Positions 46,168 through 55,632 of a DNA stretch of 64,000 nt are shown here, piece after piece. Position 1 is the first letter of the stretch. Each line of letters starts with the position of its first letter. The translations under genes were made by a program, and so were the position numbers. The notes under the pieces were generated by a model. That model worked only from the letters and a program-made list of their open reading frames with translations. It did no database searches and had not been told where the DNA came from. The stretch covers positions 9,858-73,857 of the forward strand of contig JAZLAJ010000048.1 in NCBI GenBank assembly GCA_045613145.1. Direction: 5' to 3'. Source of the stretch: Acutalibacteraceae bacterium (lineage in GTDB: Bacteria; Bacillota; Clostridia; Oscillospirales; Acutalibacteraceae).

Positions 46168-46201
46168 AAACCATCTTACGCTCAGTACGGTGGTTTTTTG
46201 A
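46168..46201 (+). terminator. weak intrinsic terminator
   Basis: Stem aaaacca.c / g.tggtttt followed by a T-run; GC content is low. Confidence 0.4.
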
Positions 46202-46222
46202 TTTATAAAAGCTTTTTCTCTA

Positions 46223-46251
46223 TTGACAACCTTACGGTTACTTGTTAAAAT
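46223..46251 (+). promoter_or_regulatory. promoter of the second GPH transporter gene
   Basis: TTGACA, 17-nt spacer, TAAAAT. The track ORF start at 46223 is this -35 box. Confidence 0.6.
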
Positions 46252-46282
46252 GAAGAAGACTTTTATTTCAAAGGAGAAAAAT

Positions 46283-47734
46283 ATGAGTAATCTTGTTTCG
46301 AAAGCAAAAGGCTTCATAAAGCAGATTCCCGCCCACTGGAACACACCGCCTGAGGGCAAGCACATTTCCTATAAAGAGTTTGCCGCCTATTCCTTCGGCG
46401 GCATCGGTGTAAACACCATCAATTCGATTTTCGGTTATGTAGGTCTCACAGCGAGCTGTCTGCTGGTAGGCTCTGCCTACGGAATAGACCCGGTACACCT
46501 TGCCTGGATGTCCACTCTTGTTACTGTCATAAACCTGATAAAGACACCCTTTGTAAGTATGCTTATCGACAACACGAACACCAAATACGGCAAGTTCCGT
46601 CCTTATCTTCTTCTTACAGGTGTTCCCGCAGCTGCGCTCATCTGCCTTATGGCATACATACCGAACAACCTGAATTACACTCTTAAATGTATTCTTCTGT
46701 GTACCATTTACACCTTCGCTATGATTTTCCAGTCGATATATGCTCTGGCTTTTACTTCACTGGCTCAGGTACTTACCCCCGACAGTGACGAAAGAACAGG
46801 TCTTCTTTCCGTAAGTCAGTTCATCTATTCTCTCGGTCCCTCCATCGTAAACATCATTCTCCCTGTTCTTGCAGGTCTTTTCGCCGGCGGTATGAAAGGC
46901 TTCACGGCATACAGAGTTCTTTTTCCTGTCTTCTCGGTTATCGGTATCGCTCTGAGCGTGTGGACCTTTAAGGGAACCAGAGAAAAAATCGTCGTTTCAA
47001 AGGACTATGTGGCCAAGGTAAAATTCACCGAAGGAATAAAATCACTTTACGGAAACAGATACTTCTGGCTTTTCTACCTTTATAACATTCTCGGCTCAAT
47101 GAAATATGCTATCGGTTCCATTCTCGTATGGTACTGCGCCTATGTTATTCAGAGCGATGCCGTTCTGGGCATTATGAATGCGGTTATCGGTACAGCATCT
47201 GTTCCCGGCATGCTTTTAGCTCCGATCCTTGCTAAAAAATTAGGCAAGCGTAACTGCCTTATCCTTTTCAATGTAGTAAGAGCAGTCTTCTCTGTTCTTA
47301 TGCTCTTCACATCCTCAAGCCCCGTGCTTTTCCTCGGCTCTCTTTACCTGGCTACTTTAGCCATCGGCGGTGACGGTGTTATCTGCGCTTCAATCACAGC
47401 AGATATTTTCGACTACCAGCAGTGGAAGACAGGACAGAGACTTGAAGGCTTTATCACTCAGTTCGGCGGTATGATGGTTTCGGGCGCAGGTCTCGTAACA
47501 GGTCTCATTCTCCCCTACTTCTACCGCTTCTACGGCTTACATAACGATTACGATGTTCTCTTCGACACCGCCGTAAGAACACCTATTTTCAACGTTATGA
47601 TTATCACCACTGTCATTTCCTGTCTTTTAGCTATCGTTCCCGTGCTTTTCTATAACCTCAACAGTAAAACCCTCGTAAAAATAGCATCTGACCTGGAAGA
47701 AAGAAAAGCTATAAGTGACGGAGAAAAAGCATAA
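46283..47734 (+). CDS. MFS transporter, GPH symporter-like
   Basis: The ATG at 46283 follows AAAGGAG. It is a 12-TM protein and a paralog-type of 37161..38681. Confidence 0.75.
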   Translation: MSNLVSKAKGFIKQIPAHWNTPPEGKHISYKEFAAYSFGGIGVNTINSIFGYVGLTASCLLVGSAYGIDPVHLAWMSTLVTVINLIKTPFVSMLIDNTNTKYGKFRPYLLLTGVPAAALICLMAYIPNNLNYTLKCILLCTIYTFAMIFQSIYALAFTSLAQVLTPDSDERTGLLSVSQFIYSLGPSIVNIILPVLAGLFAGGMKGFTAYRVLFPVFSVIGIALSVWTFKGTREKIVVSKDYVAKVKFTEGIKSLYGNRYFWLFYLYNILGSMKYAIGSILVWYCAYVIQSDAVLGIMNAVIGTASVPGMLLAPILAKKLGKRNCLILFNVVRAVFSVLMLFTSSSPVLFLGSLYLATLAIGGDGVICASITADIFDYQQWKTGQRLEGFITQFGGMMVSGAGLVTGLILPYFYRFYGLHNDYDVLFDTAVRTPIFNVMIITTVISCLLAIVPVLFYNLNSKTLVKIASDLEERKAISDGEKA

Positions 47735-47743
47735 CATCCGAAA

Positions 47744-47780
47744 AATATAGAGTCCGTTACATCGTCACGGTGTAACGGGT
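47744..47780 (+). terminator. intrinsic terminator
   Basis: Stem ccgttaca / tgtaacgg is followed by gttttcttttt. Confidence 0.7.
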
Positions 47781-47875
47781 TTTCTTTTTGGTTCATCTAC
47801 TTTCCTTAAAACTCTTGATTATTTTTTTCGTAAGAGTTATACTTAAATAAGTATATCCAAAAAGGGGACAGTAAA

Positions 47876-48880
47876 ATGAAACTCGTAAAAAAATACTTCA
47901 AACGCTATTTTGTTGATGCTATGAGCTTTATGGCTCTCGGTCTTTTCTCTTCTCTTATTGTCGGACTTATCATCAGTCAGATAGCCAAAATTCCCCATTT
48001 AGAAATGCTCGCCACCTTCTCCGGTGTTCTTTCCGCTTCCTCTCCCGTAGTAGGCGGTGCTATCGGTGCAGCTATTGCTTACGGTCTGAAGAGTAAGCCG
48101 TTGGTTGTCTTTTCCTGTATCGCAGTCGGTGCCTTCGGCTATGAGCTCGGCGGACCCGTAGGTGCTTACGTTTCCGCTCTCGTTGCTAATGAAATTGCTT
48201 CACTCGTAGCAGGCAAAACAAAAATCGACATCGTTATCACCCCTATCGTTACTATTGTAACCGGCGGATTTGTCAGCACCTTTGTAGGACCTTATCTTTC
48301 TGATTTTATGTCAGGTCTCGGTGCTCTCATTAACAGCGCTACTCAGCTTCATCCCTTCCCTATGGGCATCAGTGTAGCTGTTCTCGTCGGTCTGGCACTT
48401 ACGGCCCCTATCTCCTCGGCAGCTCTGTGTATTATGCTCGGAATAGAGGGAATAGCGGCAGGCGCGGCAGCTGTGGGCTGTGCAGCACAGATGGTAGGCT
48501 TTGCCGTAACCTCCTTCAAGGCTAACGGTATGGGCGGACTTATCTCTCAGGGACTCGGCACGAGTATGCTTCAGTTCGGTAATATTATGCGCCACCCTCA
48601 GATTATTCTTGCCCCCACATTAGCAGGTGCGGTATTAGGCCCTGTTTCCACCTGTATCCTTAAAATGACAAACACCCCTTCAGGTGCGGGTATGGGTACA
48701 AGCGGTCTCGTAGGCCAGTTCGGTGCCCTGTCAGCTATGGGCAGCAGCACGGAATCAGTCATTACTATTGTTATTATGCACTTCATCGCTCCCGCTGTGC
48801 TTTCTCTCATTTTCCATCTCATATTCAAAAAGCTCGGCATAGTCAGGGACGAATACTTATCACTTAAAAATCCCGAATAA
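47876..48880 (+). CDS. polytopic membrane protein, PTS EIIC_2-like family
   Basis: A Gly/Ala-rich TM protein with the N-terminus KRYFVDAMSFMALGLFSSLIVGLI. The family assignment is from memory only. Confidence 0.5.
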   Translation: MKLVKKYFKRYFVDAMSFMALGLFSSLIVGLIISQIAKIPHLEMLATFSGVLSASSPVVGGAIGAAIAYGLKSKPLVVFSCIAVGAFGYELGGPVGAYVSALVANEIASLVAGKTKIDIVITPIVTIVTGGFVSTFVGPYLSDFMSGLGALINSATQLHPFPMGISVAVLVGLALTAPISSAALCIMLGIEGIAAGAAAVGCAAQMVGFAVTSFKANGMGGLISQGLGTSMLQFGNIMRHPQIILAPTLAGAVLGPVSTCILKMTNTPSGAGMGTSGLVGQFGALSAMGSSTESVITIVIMHFIAPAVLSLIFHLIFKKLGIVRDEYLSLKNPE

Positions 48881-48893
48881 GAAAGGACCGCTT

Positions 48894-49463
48894 ATGAACG
48901 TTTACGATTTCGACGATACTATTTATAAAGGTGACTCTTCTCTGCATTTCTTCCTCTTTTATCTGAAAAAAGAGCCATCTCTCGTAAAATATCTTCCTTT
49001 TGTACTCAAAACTCTTTATAACTACCATAAAGAAAAAATCCGCTTTAACGACATCATTGACTCCTTCGGTCATGTTTTCGAAGAGTATTTCACCACTCAT
49101 ACTGTGGATTTCGACTCAGTGGTAAAGGAATTCTGGGATAAGCACGAACACAGAGTCAAGCCCTTCTACAAAGAAATACAGAAGGAGGACGATCTGGTTA
49201 TAACTGCCTGCCCTAATTTTATGGCACAGGAAATCTGCCGCCGTCTCGGTATAAAGCACTGTCTCGGCACAGAGTTCGACATTGAAACCGGCAAATTCAT
49301 CAGAGGCTGCTTCCGTGAAAGAAAGATTGACTTTTTCCGTGAAGCCTTTCCCGACGGAGTGATAGATGATTTCTACACAGACTCTATGAATGACAAATTC
49401 CTTTTCCCCTATGCCAAAAGAGTTTTCTTCGTCAAGGGCGAAAAAATCACAAGGATAAAATAA
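48894..49463 (+). CDS. HAD-IB-type phosphatase
   Basis: Motif I VYDFDDTIYKGDS, at a length of 189 aa. Confidence 0.75.
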   Translation: MNVYDFDDTIYKGDSSLHFFLFYLKKEPSLVKYLPFVLKTLYNYHKEKIRFNDIIDSFGHVFEEYFTTHTVDFDSVVKEFWDKHEHRVKPFYKEIQKEDDLVITACPNFMAQEICRRLGIKHCLGTEFDIETGKFIRGCFRERKIDFFREAFPDGVIDDFYTDSMNDKFLFPYAKRVFFVKGEKITRIK

Positions 49464-49464
49464 T

Positions 49465-50187
49465 ATGGAAAGACTCGACAAAATCATCGCATCTCAGGGG
49501 AAATATTCCCGTTCCGAGGTCAAGAAGCTTGTAAAGGCAGGTCTTGTTATGCTTAACGGCGAAAAGGTGAAAAGTGCTGATGTGAAGGCTGACGCGGAAA
49601 AAGACCTCATCACCGTAGACGGAGAAGACATCTCCTACAAAAAGCACATCTATATTATGCTCAATAAGCCTCAGGGTGTGGTTTCCGCCACAGATGACCC
49701 GGTTCATAAAACCGTTATCGACCTGGTTCCTCCTCACCTTTTCAGACAGGGTCTTTTCCCCGCCGGAAGACTTGACGGAGATACCACCGGCTTCGTACTC
49801 ATCACCGATGACGGAGACTTCGCACACCGTATACTTTCTCCGAAAAATCACATAATGAAAACCTATCACGCCACTCTGGACCACGCTCTTACAGAGGAGG
49901 ACATAAAACACTTCACCGAGGGCATAGAGCTGCGTGACGGAACGCTCTGCCTCGAAGCACAGGTAAAAATGCTCACTCAGGAGCCACCCGTAGCCGAGGT
50001 TAAAATCCACGAAGGTAAATACCATCAGGTAAAAAGAATGTTCGCCGCTCTCGGAAACAGGGTAACTGCTCTGCGAAGAGTAAAAATGGGCGGGCTCGAC
50101 CTGGATGAAAGCCTTGAAGAAGGTCAGTGCAGAGAGATAACCGAAGAAGAGCTTGAAGCAATACAGAGCCGTGAAATCTTTAATTAA
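49465..50187 (+). CDS. RsuA/RluB-family rRNA pseudouridine synthase with S4 domain
   Basis: RLDKIIASQGKYSRSEVKKLV (S4 domain) and GRLDGDTTGFVLITDDG (catalytic Asp). Confidence 0.9.
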   Translation: MERLDKIIASQGKYSRSEVKKLVKAGLVMLNGEKVKSADVKADAEKDLITVDGEDISYKKHIYIMLNKPQGVVSATDDPVHKTVIDLVPPHLFRQGLFPAGRLDGDTTGFVLITDDGDFAHRILSPKNHIMKTYHATLDHALTEEDIKHFTEGIELRDGTLCLEAQVKMLTQEPPVAEVKIHEGKYHQVKRMFAALGNRVTALRRVKMGGLDLDESLEEGQCREITEEELEAIQSREIFN

Positions 50188-50243
50188 AGATTTTTTAAAC
50201 TAAACATCTTACAATTAAACAAAACTTTACAAAGAGGTAAGCT

Positions 50244-50645
50244 ATGCTGAACAAAATCAGACAATTTATGTACGGACGCTACGGTGGAAACGATGCACTG
50301 AATGTGTTTCTTATTATTCTCGGTGCCGTTATCACCCTTATTCTTTCACTTTTCTTTTACAGAACTCCCTTCACGAGACTTTTAGGTCTCATTCCATACG
50401 GTATCGCCGTTTTCAGAGCCCTTTCGAAAAATTACGAGGCAAGAATAAAGGAAAACGCTAAATTTCTCGAAATTTCAGGTCCCTGGAGAGCCTTCATAAT
50501 AAAGAAATTCAATCAGTTCAAGGATAAAGAACACAGATACTACGCCTGTCCTCAGTGTCACAGAACCCTTCGTGTACCCAAAGGCAGAGGCAAGATAAAA
50601 ATAAGCTGTCCTCACTGCGGAAAAGAGTTTGTTAAGAAAACTTAA
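50244..50645 (+). CDS. membrane protein with C-terminal zinc ribbon
   Basis: Two TM helices followed by CPQCHRTLRVP...CPHCGKEF. Confidence 0.65.
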   Translation: MLNKIRQFMYGRYGGNDALNVFLIILGAVITLILSLFFYRTPFTRLLGLIPYGIAVFRALSKNYEARIKENAKFLEISGPWRAFIIKKFNQFKDKEHRYYACPQCHRTLRVPKGRGKIKISCPHCGKEFVKKT

Positions 50646-50910
50646 TTTATCCGGAATGAAAAAACGCAGGACAGGTTTTAATAAAACAAACCGATATTCC
50701 GCCGTCTTTACGGATAAATAATTCACAGCTTAATACAGTTGTCTGTTTTTCACACAAATCAAAGCAGTCTGTCAAATCATCAATCTGATCGGGCAGGCTG
50801 TATCTTTTTTATTATCTCAATGTTTCCCCGATATTCCGCACTTTCGCATTCCGAATTATACTTTAGTCATTTTTACCAAAGATATGCTTTTATTTTTTTT
50901 ACCTTTTCTA

Positions 50911-50939
50911 TTGCAAAATCTGTCATATTTTGTTAGAAT
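50911..50939 (+). promoter_or_regulatory. promoter of xpt
   Basis: TTGCAA, 17-nt spacer, TAGAAT, with a TG extension. Confidence 0.5.
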
Positions 50940-50978
50940 ACATTTATGCTGATTCGTTACAAAAGGAGAGAAAAGCAA

Positions 50979-51557
50979 ATGAAAATTCTGGAAGAAAGAA
51001 TAGCAAAGGACGGAAAGGTTTTTCCCGGAAACATTCTCAAGGTAGACTCCTTTCTCAATCATCAGATAGATGTATCTCTCCTGTGCGAAATGGGAAAAGA
51101 AATCAAACGCTTATATAATGACTGCGAAATTAACAAGGTTCTCACCATTGAAGCCTCAGGGATAGGTGTGGCCTGTATTATTGCGCAGTTTTTTGATTGT
51201 CCTGTTCTTTTTGCCAAAAAGACAAAGACAAAAAACATAGCCAATGCCGTCTACAAAACGCAGGTAGCGTCCTTCACCCACGGTACAACCTATGATGTCA
51301 TCGTATCAAAGGATTTCCTTTCCTCCGAAGACAAGGTTCTTATCGTAGACGACTTTCTCGCCGAGGGTAATGCCCTCATAGGTCTTATCGACCTGTGCAA
51401 TCAGGCAGGTGCTGAAGTCAAGGGCTGTGCCATCGCCGTGGAAAAAGGCTTTCAGCAGGGCGGCAAACGTATCCGTGACATGGGAATCAGAGTGGAATCT
51501 CTCGCCATCGTAGACTCGATGAGTGACGACTCTCTCACCTTCCGCAGTCAGGATTAA
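50979..51557 (+). CDS. xpt: xanthine phosphoribosyltransferase
   Basis: The ATG at 50979 follows AAAGGAGAG. It has MKILEERIAKDGKV...LKVDSFLNHQID and the PRPP motif VLIVDDFLAEGNA. Confidence 0.9.
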   Translation: MKILEERIAKDGKVFPGNILKVDSFLNHQIDVSLLCEMGKEIKRLYNDCEINKVLTIEASGIGVACIIAQFFDCPVLFAKKTKTKNIANAVYKTQVASFTHGTTYDVIVSKDFLSSEDKVLIVDDFLAEGNALIGLIDLCNQAGAEVKGCAIAVEKGFQQGGKRIRDMGIRVESLAIVDSMSDDSLTFRSQD

Positions 51558-51616
51558 ACGAGGAATTTACCGAAGTTATCGGTAAAAATAAAAAATCCCA
51601 AAGGGAGGAAAAAACA

Positions 51617-52885
51617 ATGAAAAAATTACTCGCAGTTCTTCTTGCAGCAGTTATGCTCTTTGCTCTTGCAGCATGCGGCGGTAACGGCAACGAAGACACA
51701 AACACAGCTAAAGGTATGAGTGAATCTCCTATCGCTGCAGTTGAGATCAAGGCAGATTACGAAGTTCCCGCAGACTTCAAAATCGGTTTCATCTGTCTCC
51801 ACGATGAGAACTCCACTTACGACCTTAACTTCCTCAACGCAGTAGACAGAATTCAGGAAGCTCTCGGTCTCACCGACGAGCAGGTTATCGTTAAGGTAAA
51901 CATTCCTGAAGGTAACGAATGCTACGTAGCAGCTAAGGACCTCGTAGGCGAAGGCTGTAAGATCGTTTTCGCTAACTCCTTCGGTCACGAAGACTTCATG
52001 ATTCAGGCTGCTAAGGAATTCCCCGAAGTAGAATTCTGCCACGCTACAGGTACAAAGGCTCACACTGAAGGCCTTGACAACTACCACAACGCTTTCGCAT
52101 CTATTTACCAGGGCCGTTTCCTTGCAGGTGTTGCTGCAGGTCTCAAGCTCAACGAAATGATCGAAGCAGGCAAGTTCACCGCTGAAGAAGCAAAGATGGG
52201 TTATGTAGGTGCTTTCACCTATGCTGAAGTTATCTCCGGCTACACATCCTTCTATCTCGGTGCAAAGAGCGTATGCCCCACAGTTACTATGGACGTTCAG
52301 TTCACAGGCTCATGGTATGACGCTACAGAAGAAAAGAATGCTGCAGAAGCTCTCATCGCAAGAGACTGTAAGCTTATCAGCCAGCACGCTGACTCAATGG
52401 GTGCTCCCGGTGCTTGCGAATATGCAGTTATCCCCAATGTTTCCTACAACGGCTCAACCTATGAATCCTGCCCCGAAACCTTCATCATCTCCTCAGCTAT
52501 CAACTGGACTCCTTACTACAACTACATCATCGGTCAGGTTGTTAAGGGTGAAAAGATCGACGCTGACTGGTGCGGCGGTATCGCAGAAGGCTCTGTAGTT
52601 CTTACCGGTATCAACCAGGATGTAGCTGCAGAAGGCACATTCGAAAAGATTCAGGCTCTCGTAGAAGACATCAAAGCAGGTAAGCTTAATGTATTCGATG
52701 CTGCTACATTCACAGTAGGCGGCGAAGCTGTTGAATCCTACAAGGCTGACGTTGACACAGATGCTGCTTACACACCTGACACAGAAGCTATCGCTGACGG
52801 CTACTTCCACGAATCAGAATCCCGTTCAGCTCCTTACTTCGATCTCAGAATCGACGGCATCAACCTTCTCAACGAGAAGTTCTGA
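51617..52885 (+). CDS. BMP-family (nucleoside-binding) ABC substrate-binding lipoprotein
   Basis: It has the lipobox LFALAAC and sits in the BMP/PnrA-like context of the downstream two-domain ATPase and two permeases. Confidence 0.8.
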   Translation: MKKLLAVLLAAVMLFALAACGGNGNEDTNTAKGMSESPIAAVEIKADYEVPADFKIGFICLHDENSTYDLNFLNAVDRIQEALGLTDEQVIVKVNIPEGNECYVAAKDLVGEGCKIVFANSFGHEDFMIQAAKEFPEVEFCHATGTKAHTEGLDNYHNAFASIYQGRFLAGVAAGLKLNEMIEAGKFTAEEAKMGYVGAFTYAEVISGYTSFYLGAKSVCPTVTMDVQFTGSWYDATEEKNAAEALIARDCKLISQHADSMGAPGACEYAVIPNVSYNGSTYESCPETFIISSAINWTPYYNYIIGQVVKGEKIDADWCGGIAEGSVVLTGINQDVAAEGTFEKIQALVEDIKAGKLNVFDAATFTVGGEAVESYKADVDTDAAYTPDTEAIADGYFHESESRSAPYFDLRIDGINLLNEKF

Positions 52886-52900
52886 TCTGATTAACTGAAT

Positions 52901-52937
52901 AAGCGGGGCACTCGTTGTCCCGCTTACTGTTGTTTTT
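52901..52937 (+). terminator. intra-operon hairpin after the binding-protein gene (partial terminator?)
   Basis: A 10-bp stem aagcggggca / tgtcccgctt; the T-run is offset by 6 nt. Confidence 0.4.
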
Positions 52938-53018
52938 AAGTAATGAAAAAATAGCCCCTTACGGGCTGTGTTTTGATTGCTTAAACCTTACACAGATATA
53001 AAAAAGGAGGAATGAGTT

Positions 53019-54566
53019 TTGGATAAAGCTCCGGCAATAAAGCTTAAAAATATAAGCAAATCCTTTGGCGGAAAAATCGCAAACAAAAACGTCAATCTTA
53101 CTGTAAACCGAGGAGAAATTCTCTCCATTCTCGGTGAAAACGGAAGCGGCAAAACCACTCTTATGAATATGATAGCCGGTATCTATTTCCCTGATGAGGG
53201 ACAGATATTCATTGACGGCAAAGAGGTGGTTATACGCTCACCCAAGGATGCCTTCAAGTATAAAATCGGTATGATTCATCAGCACTTCAAGCTGGTAGAT
53301 GTCTTTTCCGCTACGGAAAACATCGTTCTCGGACTTGAAGAAAAAGGTAAATTCAATCTGAAGGAAGCTACAGCAAAAGTAAAAGAAATATGCGACAAGT
53401 ACGGCTTCGAGATCGAACCGATGAAAAAAATTCACGAAATGTCCGTTTCCGAAAAGCAGACCGTGGAAATCATCAAGGTTCTTTACAGAGGCGCTGACAT
53501 TCTCATTCTCGACGAGCCTACGGCTGTACTCACTCCCCAGGAGACACAGAAGCTTTTCGCAGTTCTCAGAAGAATGAGAGAGCACGGCAAATCTATTATC
53601 ATCATCACCCATAAGCTTCACGAGGTTCTCTCTCTTTCAGATAAGGTAGCGGTTCTTCGTAAGGGTGAATACGTAGGTACAGTTGAAACTGCACAGACCG
53701 ATGAAGCAGAGCTCACAGAAATGATGGTAGGTAAAAAGGTAACTCTCAACATAGACAGAAGTGAGCCGGAAAACTGCACAGAAAGACTGACGGTAAAAGG
53801 TCTCAACTGTGTTGACCGTGAGGGCGTAAAGGTCCTCAACGATATTTCCTTCACTGCATATTCGGGAGAAATTCTCGGTATCGCAGGTATCGCAGGCTCA
53901 GGACAGAGAGAGCTTCTCGAATCCATCGCAGGTCTGCAGAAGGTCAATGACGGTGAAATAATCTACAATAATCCGAAAACAGGAACACAGGATAATCTCC
54001 GTGACAAAACTCCTATGCAGATAAGAGATCTCGGTGTCCGTCTTTCCTTCGTTCCCGAGGACAGACTCGGTATGGGTCTGGTAGGTAATATGGACATTAT
54101 CGATAATATGATGCTCCGCTCCTACCGTAAGGGTAAATCTGTATTTCTTGAGAGAAAGGCACCTAAGGATCTTGCCGAAAAGATAATCAGGGATCTGGAG
54201 GTTGTAACTCCCGATGCACGTACTCCCGTAAGAAGACTCTCGGGCGGTAACATACAGAAAATCCTCGTCGGCAGAGAAATTGCCGCTTCGCCTACGGTTC
54301 TTATGGCGGCATATCCCGTAAGAGGTCTCGACATCGGTGCTTCCTATACTATATATAATCTCCTCAACAAACAGAAGAAAAAAGGTGTAGCTGTTATCTT
54401 CGTCGGTGAAGACCTCGACGTTCTCATCGAGCTGTGCGACAGAATTCTCGTTATCGGCTCAGGCAGCATAACAGGCATCGTCGATGCACGTAATACCACC
54501 AAAGAAGAAATCGGTCTTCTTATGACCAAAGCAAAGGATTCACAGGGAGGTGGAAAGAATGAATAA
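53019..54566 (+). CDS. ABC transporter ATP-binding protein with duplicated ATPase domains
   Basis: It has the Walker A GENGSGKTT, signature-like segments and a second domain (LSGGNIQK). The TTG start is inferred. Confidence 0.88.
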   Translation: MDKAPAIKLKNISKSFGGKIANKNVNLTVNRGEILSILGENGSGKTTLMNMIAGIYFPDEGQIFIDGKEVVIRSPKDAFKYKIGMIHQHFKLVDVFSATENIVLGLEEKGKFNLKEATAKVKEICDKYGFEIEPMKKIHEMSVSEKQTVEIIKVLYRGADILILDEPTAVLTPQETQKLFAVLRRMREHGKSIIIITHKLHEVLSLSDKVAVLRKGEYVGTVETAQTDEAELTEMMVGKKVTLNIDRSEPENCTERLTVKGLNCVDREGVKVLNDISFTAYSGEILGIAGIAGSGQRELLESIAGLQKVNDGEIIYNNPKTGTQDNLRDKTPMQIRDLGVRLSFVPEDRLGMGLVGNMDIIDNMMLRSYRKGKSVFLERKAPKDLAEKIIRDLEVVTPDARTPVRRLSGGNIQKILVGREIAASPTVLMAAYPVRGLDIGASYTIYNLLNKQKKKGVAVIFVGEDLDVLIELCDRILVIGSGSITGIVDARNTTKEEIGLLMTKAKDSQGGGKNE

Positions 54567-55632
54567 AATGAATATTCATATCGTAAAGCGTGATGCCGTA
54601 GTATGGTATAAGAGCTTTCTCGTACGTGCCTTGGCCATTATTGCTTCTCTTCTTGTTTCCGCCGTGGCGATAACCTTACTTACAGGTAAAAATCCCATCG
54701 AGGTTTATTCTTCGATGCTTTCGGGCGCATTCGGTTCGTCCTTACGTATCTGGTCTCTTTTACAGAACGTGGCCGTTCTTCTGTGTATCGCTCTGGCTCT
54801 TACCCCCGCTTTCAAAATGAAATTCTGGAACTGCGGCGGTGAAGGACAGGTTCTCGTAGGCGGTCTTGCCACAGTATCGGTCATGATGTTTTTAGGTGAC
54901 AGCCTCCCCTATCCGGTTCTTCTTCTCGTTATGGTAGCAGCCTCTGTTCTGGCAGGCATCATCTGGGCAGTCCTCCCCGCCTTTTTCAAGGCTAAATGGA
55001 ACACTAACGAGACTCTTTTCACTCTTATGATGAACTATGTGGCCATTCAGCTGGTTGCATTCTTCCTCAAATACTTCGTAAAAAGCGGCTCCGGTATTCT
55101 CACTCCTATGCCTGAGCACGGTTTACCCGTTATCTTTAATCAGCCGTATCTTCTGAACATTATCACCGTGGCAGTTCTCACGGTTCTCGTTTACATCTAT
55201 CTTAAAAAGACCAAGCACGGCTATGAAATCTCCGTAGTAGGTGAAAGTGAAAATACAGCGAGATATATCGGCATCAATGTACCTAAGGTTATTATCAGAA
55301 CTCTCATCGTTTCGGGTGCACTCTGCGGTATCGCAGGTCTCATCCTCGTAGGCGGTACAAACCATACCATAAGCACCACCACTGCAGGCGGCAGAGGCTT
55401 TACTGCAATTATGGTTTCCTGGCTTGCTAAGTTCAATCCCATTTATATGGTAATGACATCCTTCCTCATCGTATTCCTCGAAAAGGGTGCGGGACAGGTT
55501 TCCACAGACTTCCGTCTTCCCGTCGCCATTTCCGATATCGTTACCGGTATCATCCTTTTCTTCATTATCGGATGTGAATTTTTCCTCCAGTATAAAATTC
55601 TTGTTTCAAAGAGCAGAAAGGAGAATGACTGA
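54559..55632 (+). CDS. ABC transporter permease
   Basis: The ATG at 54559 lies 8 nt after GGAGG and overlaps the ATPase gene end. The protein is polytopic. Confidence 0.85.
   Translation: MNKMNIHIVKRDAVVWYKSFLVRALAIIASLLVSAVAITLLTGKNPIEVYSSMLSGAFGSSLRIWSLLQNVAVLLCIALALTPAFKMKFWNCGGEGQVLVGGLATVSVMMFLGDSLPYPVLLLVMVAASVLAGIIWAVLPAFFKAKWNTNETLFTLMMNYVAIQLVAFFLKYFVKSGSGILTPMPEHGLPVIFNQPYLLNIITVAVLTVLVYIYLKKTKHGYEISVVGESENTARYIGINVPKVIIRTLIVSGALCGIAGLILVGGTNHTISTTTAGGRGFTAIMVSWLAKFNPIYMVMTSFLIVFLEKGAGQVSTDFRLPVAISDIVTGIILFFIIGCEFFLQYKILVSKSRKEND

Noticed and set aside
50828-50840. The 12-13-nt repeat ccgatattccgc(a), seen at 50691-50702, 50828-50840 and 27893-27905.
   Set aside because: Matches of this length are expected by chance many times in 64 kb on two strands, and the copies share no flanking similarity or consistent position relative to genes.
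50646-50978. An expected guanine/purine riboswitch upstream of xpt and the nucleoside ABC operon.
   Set aside because: I searched both the leader and the upstream gap for the conserved core elements (UAUGG, UCUACC, CCGUAAA and GACUAU-type segments) and found none. The promoter lies only about 40 nt from the start codon.
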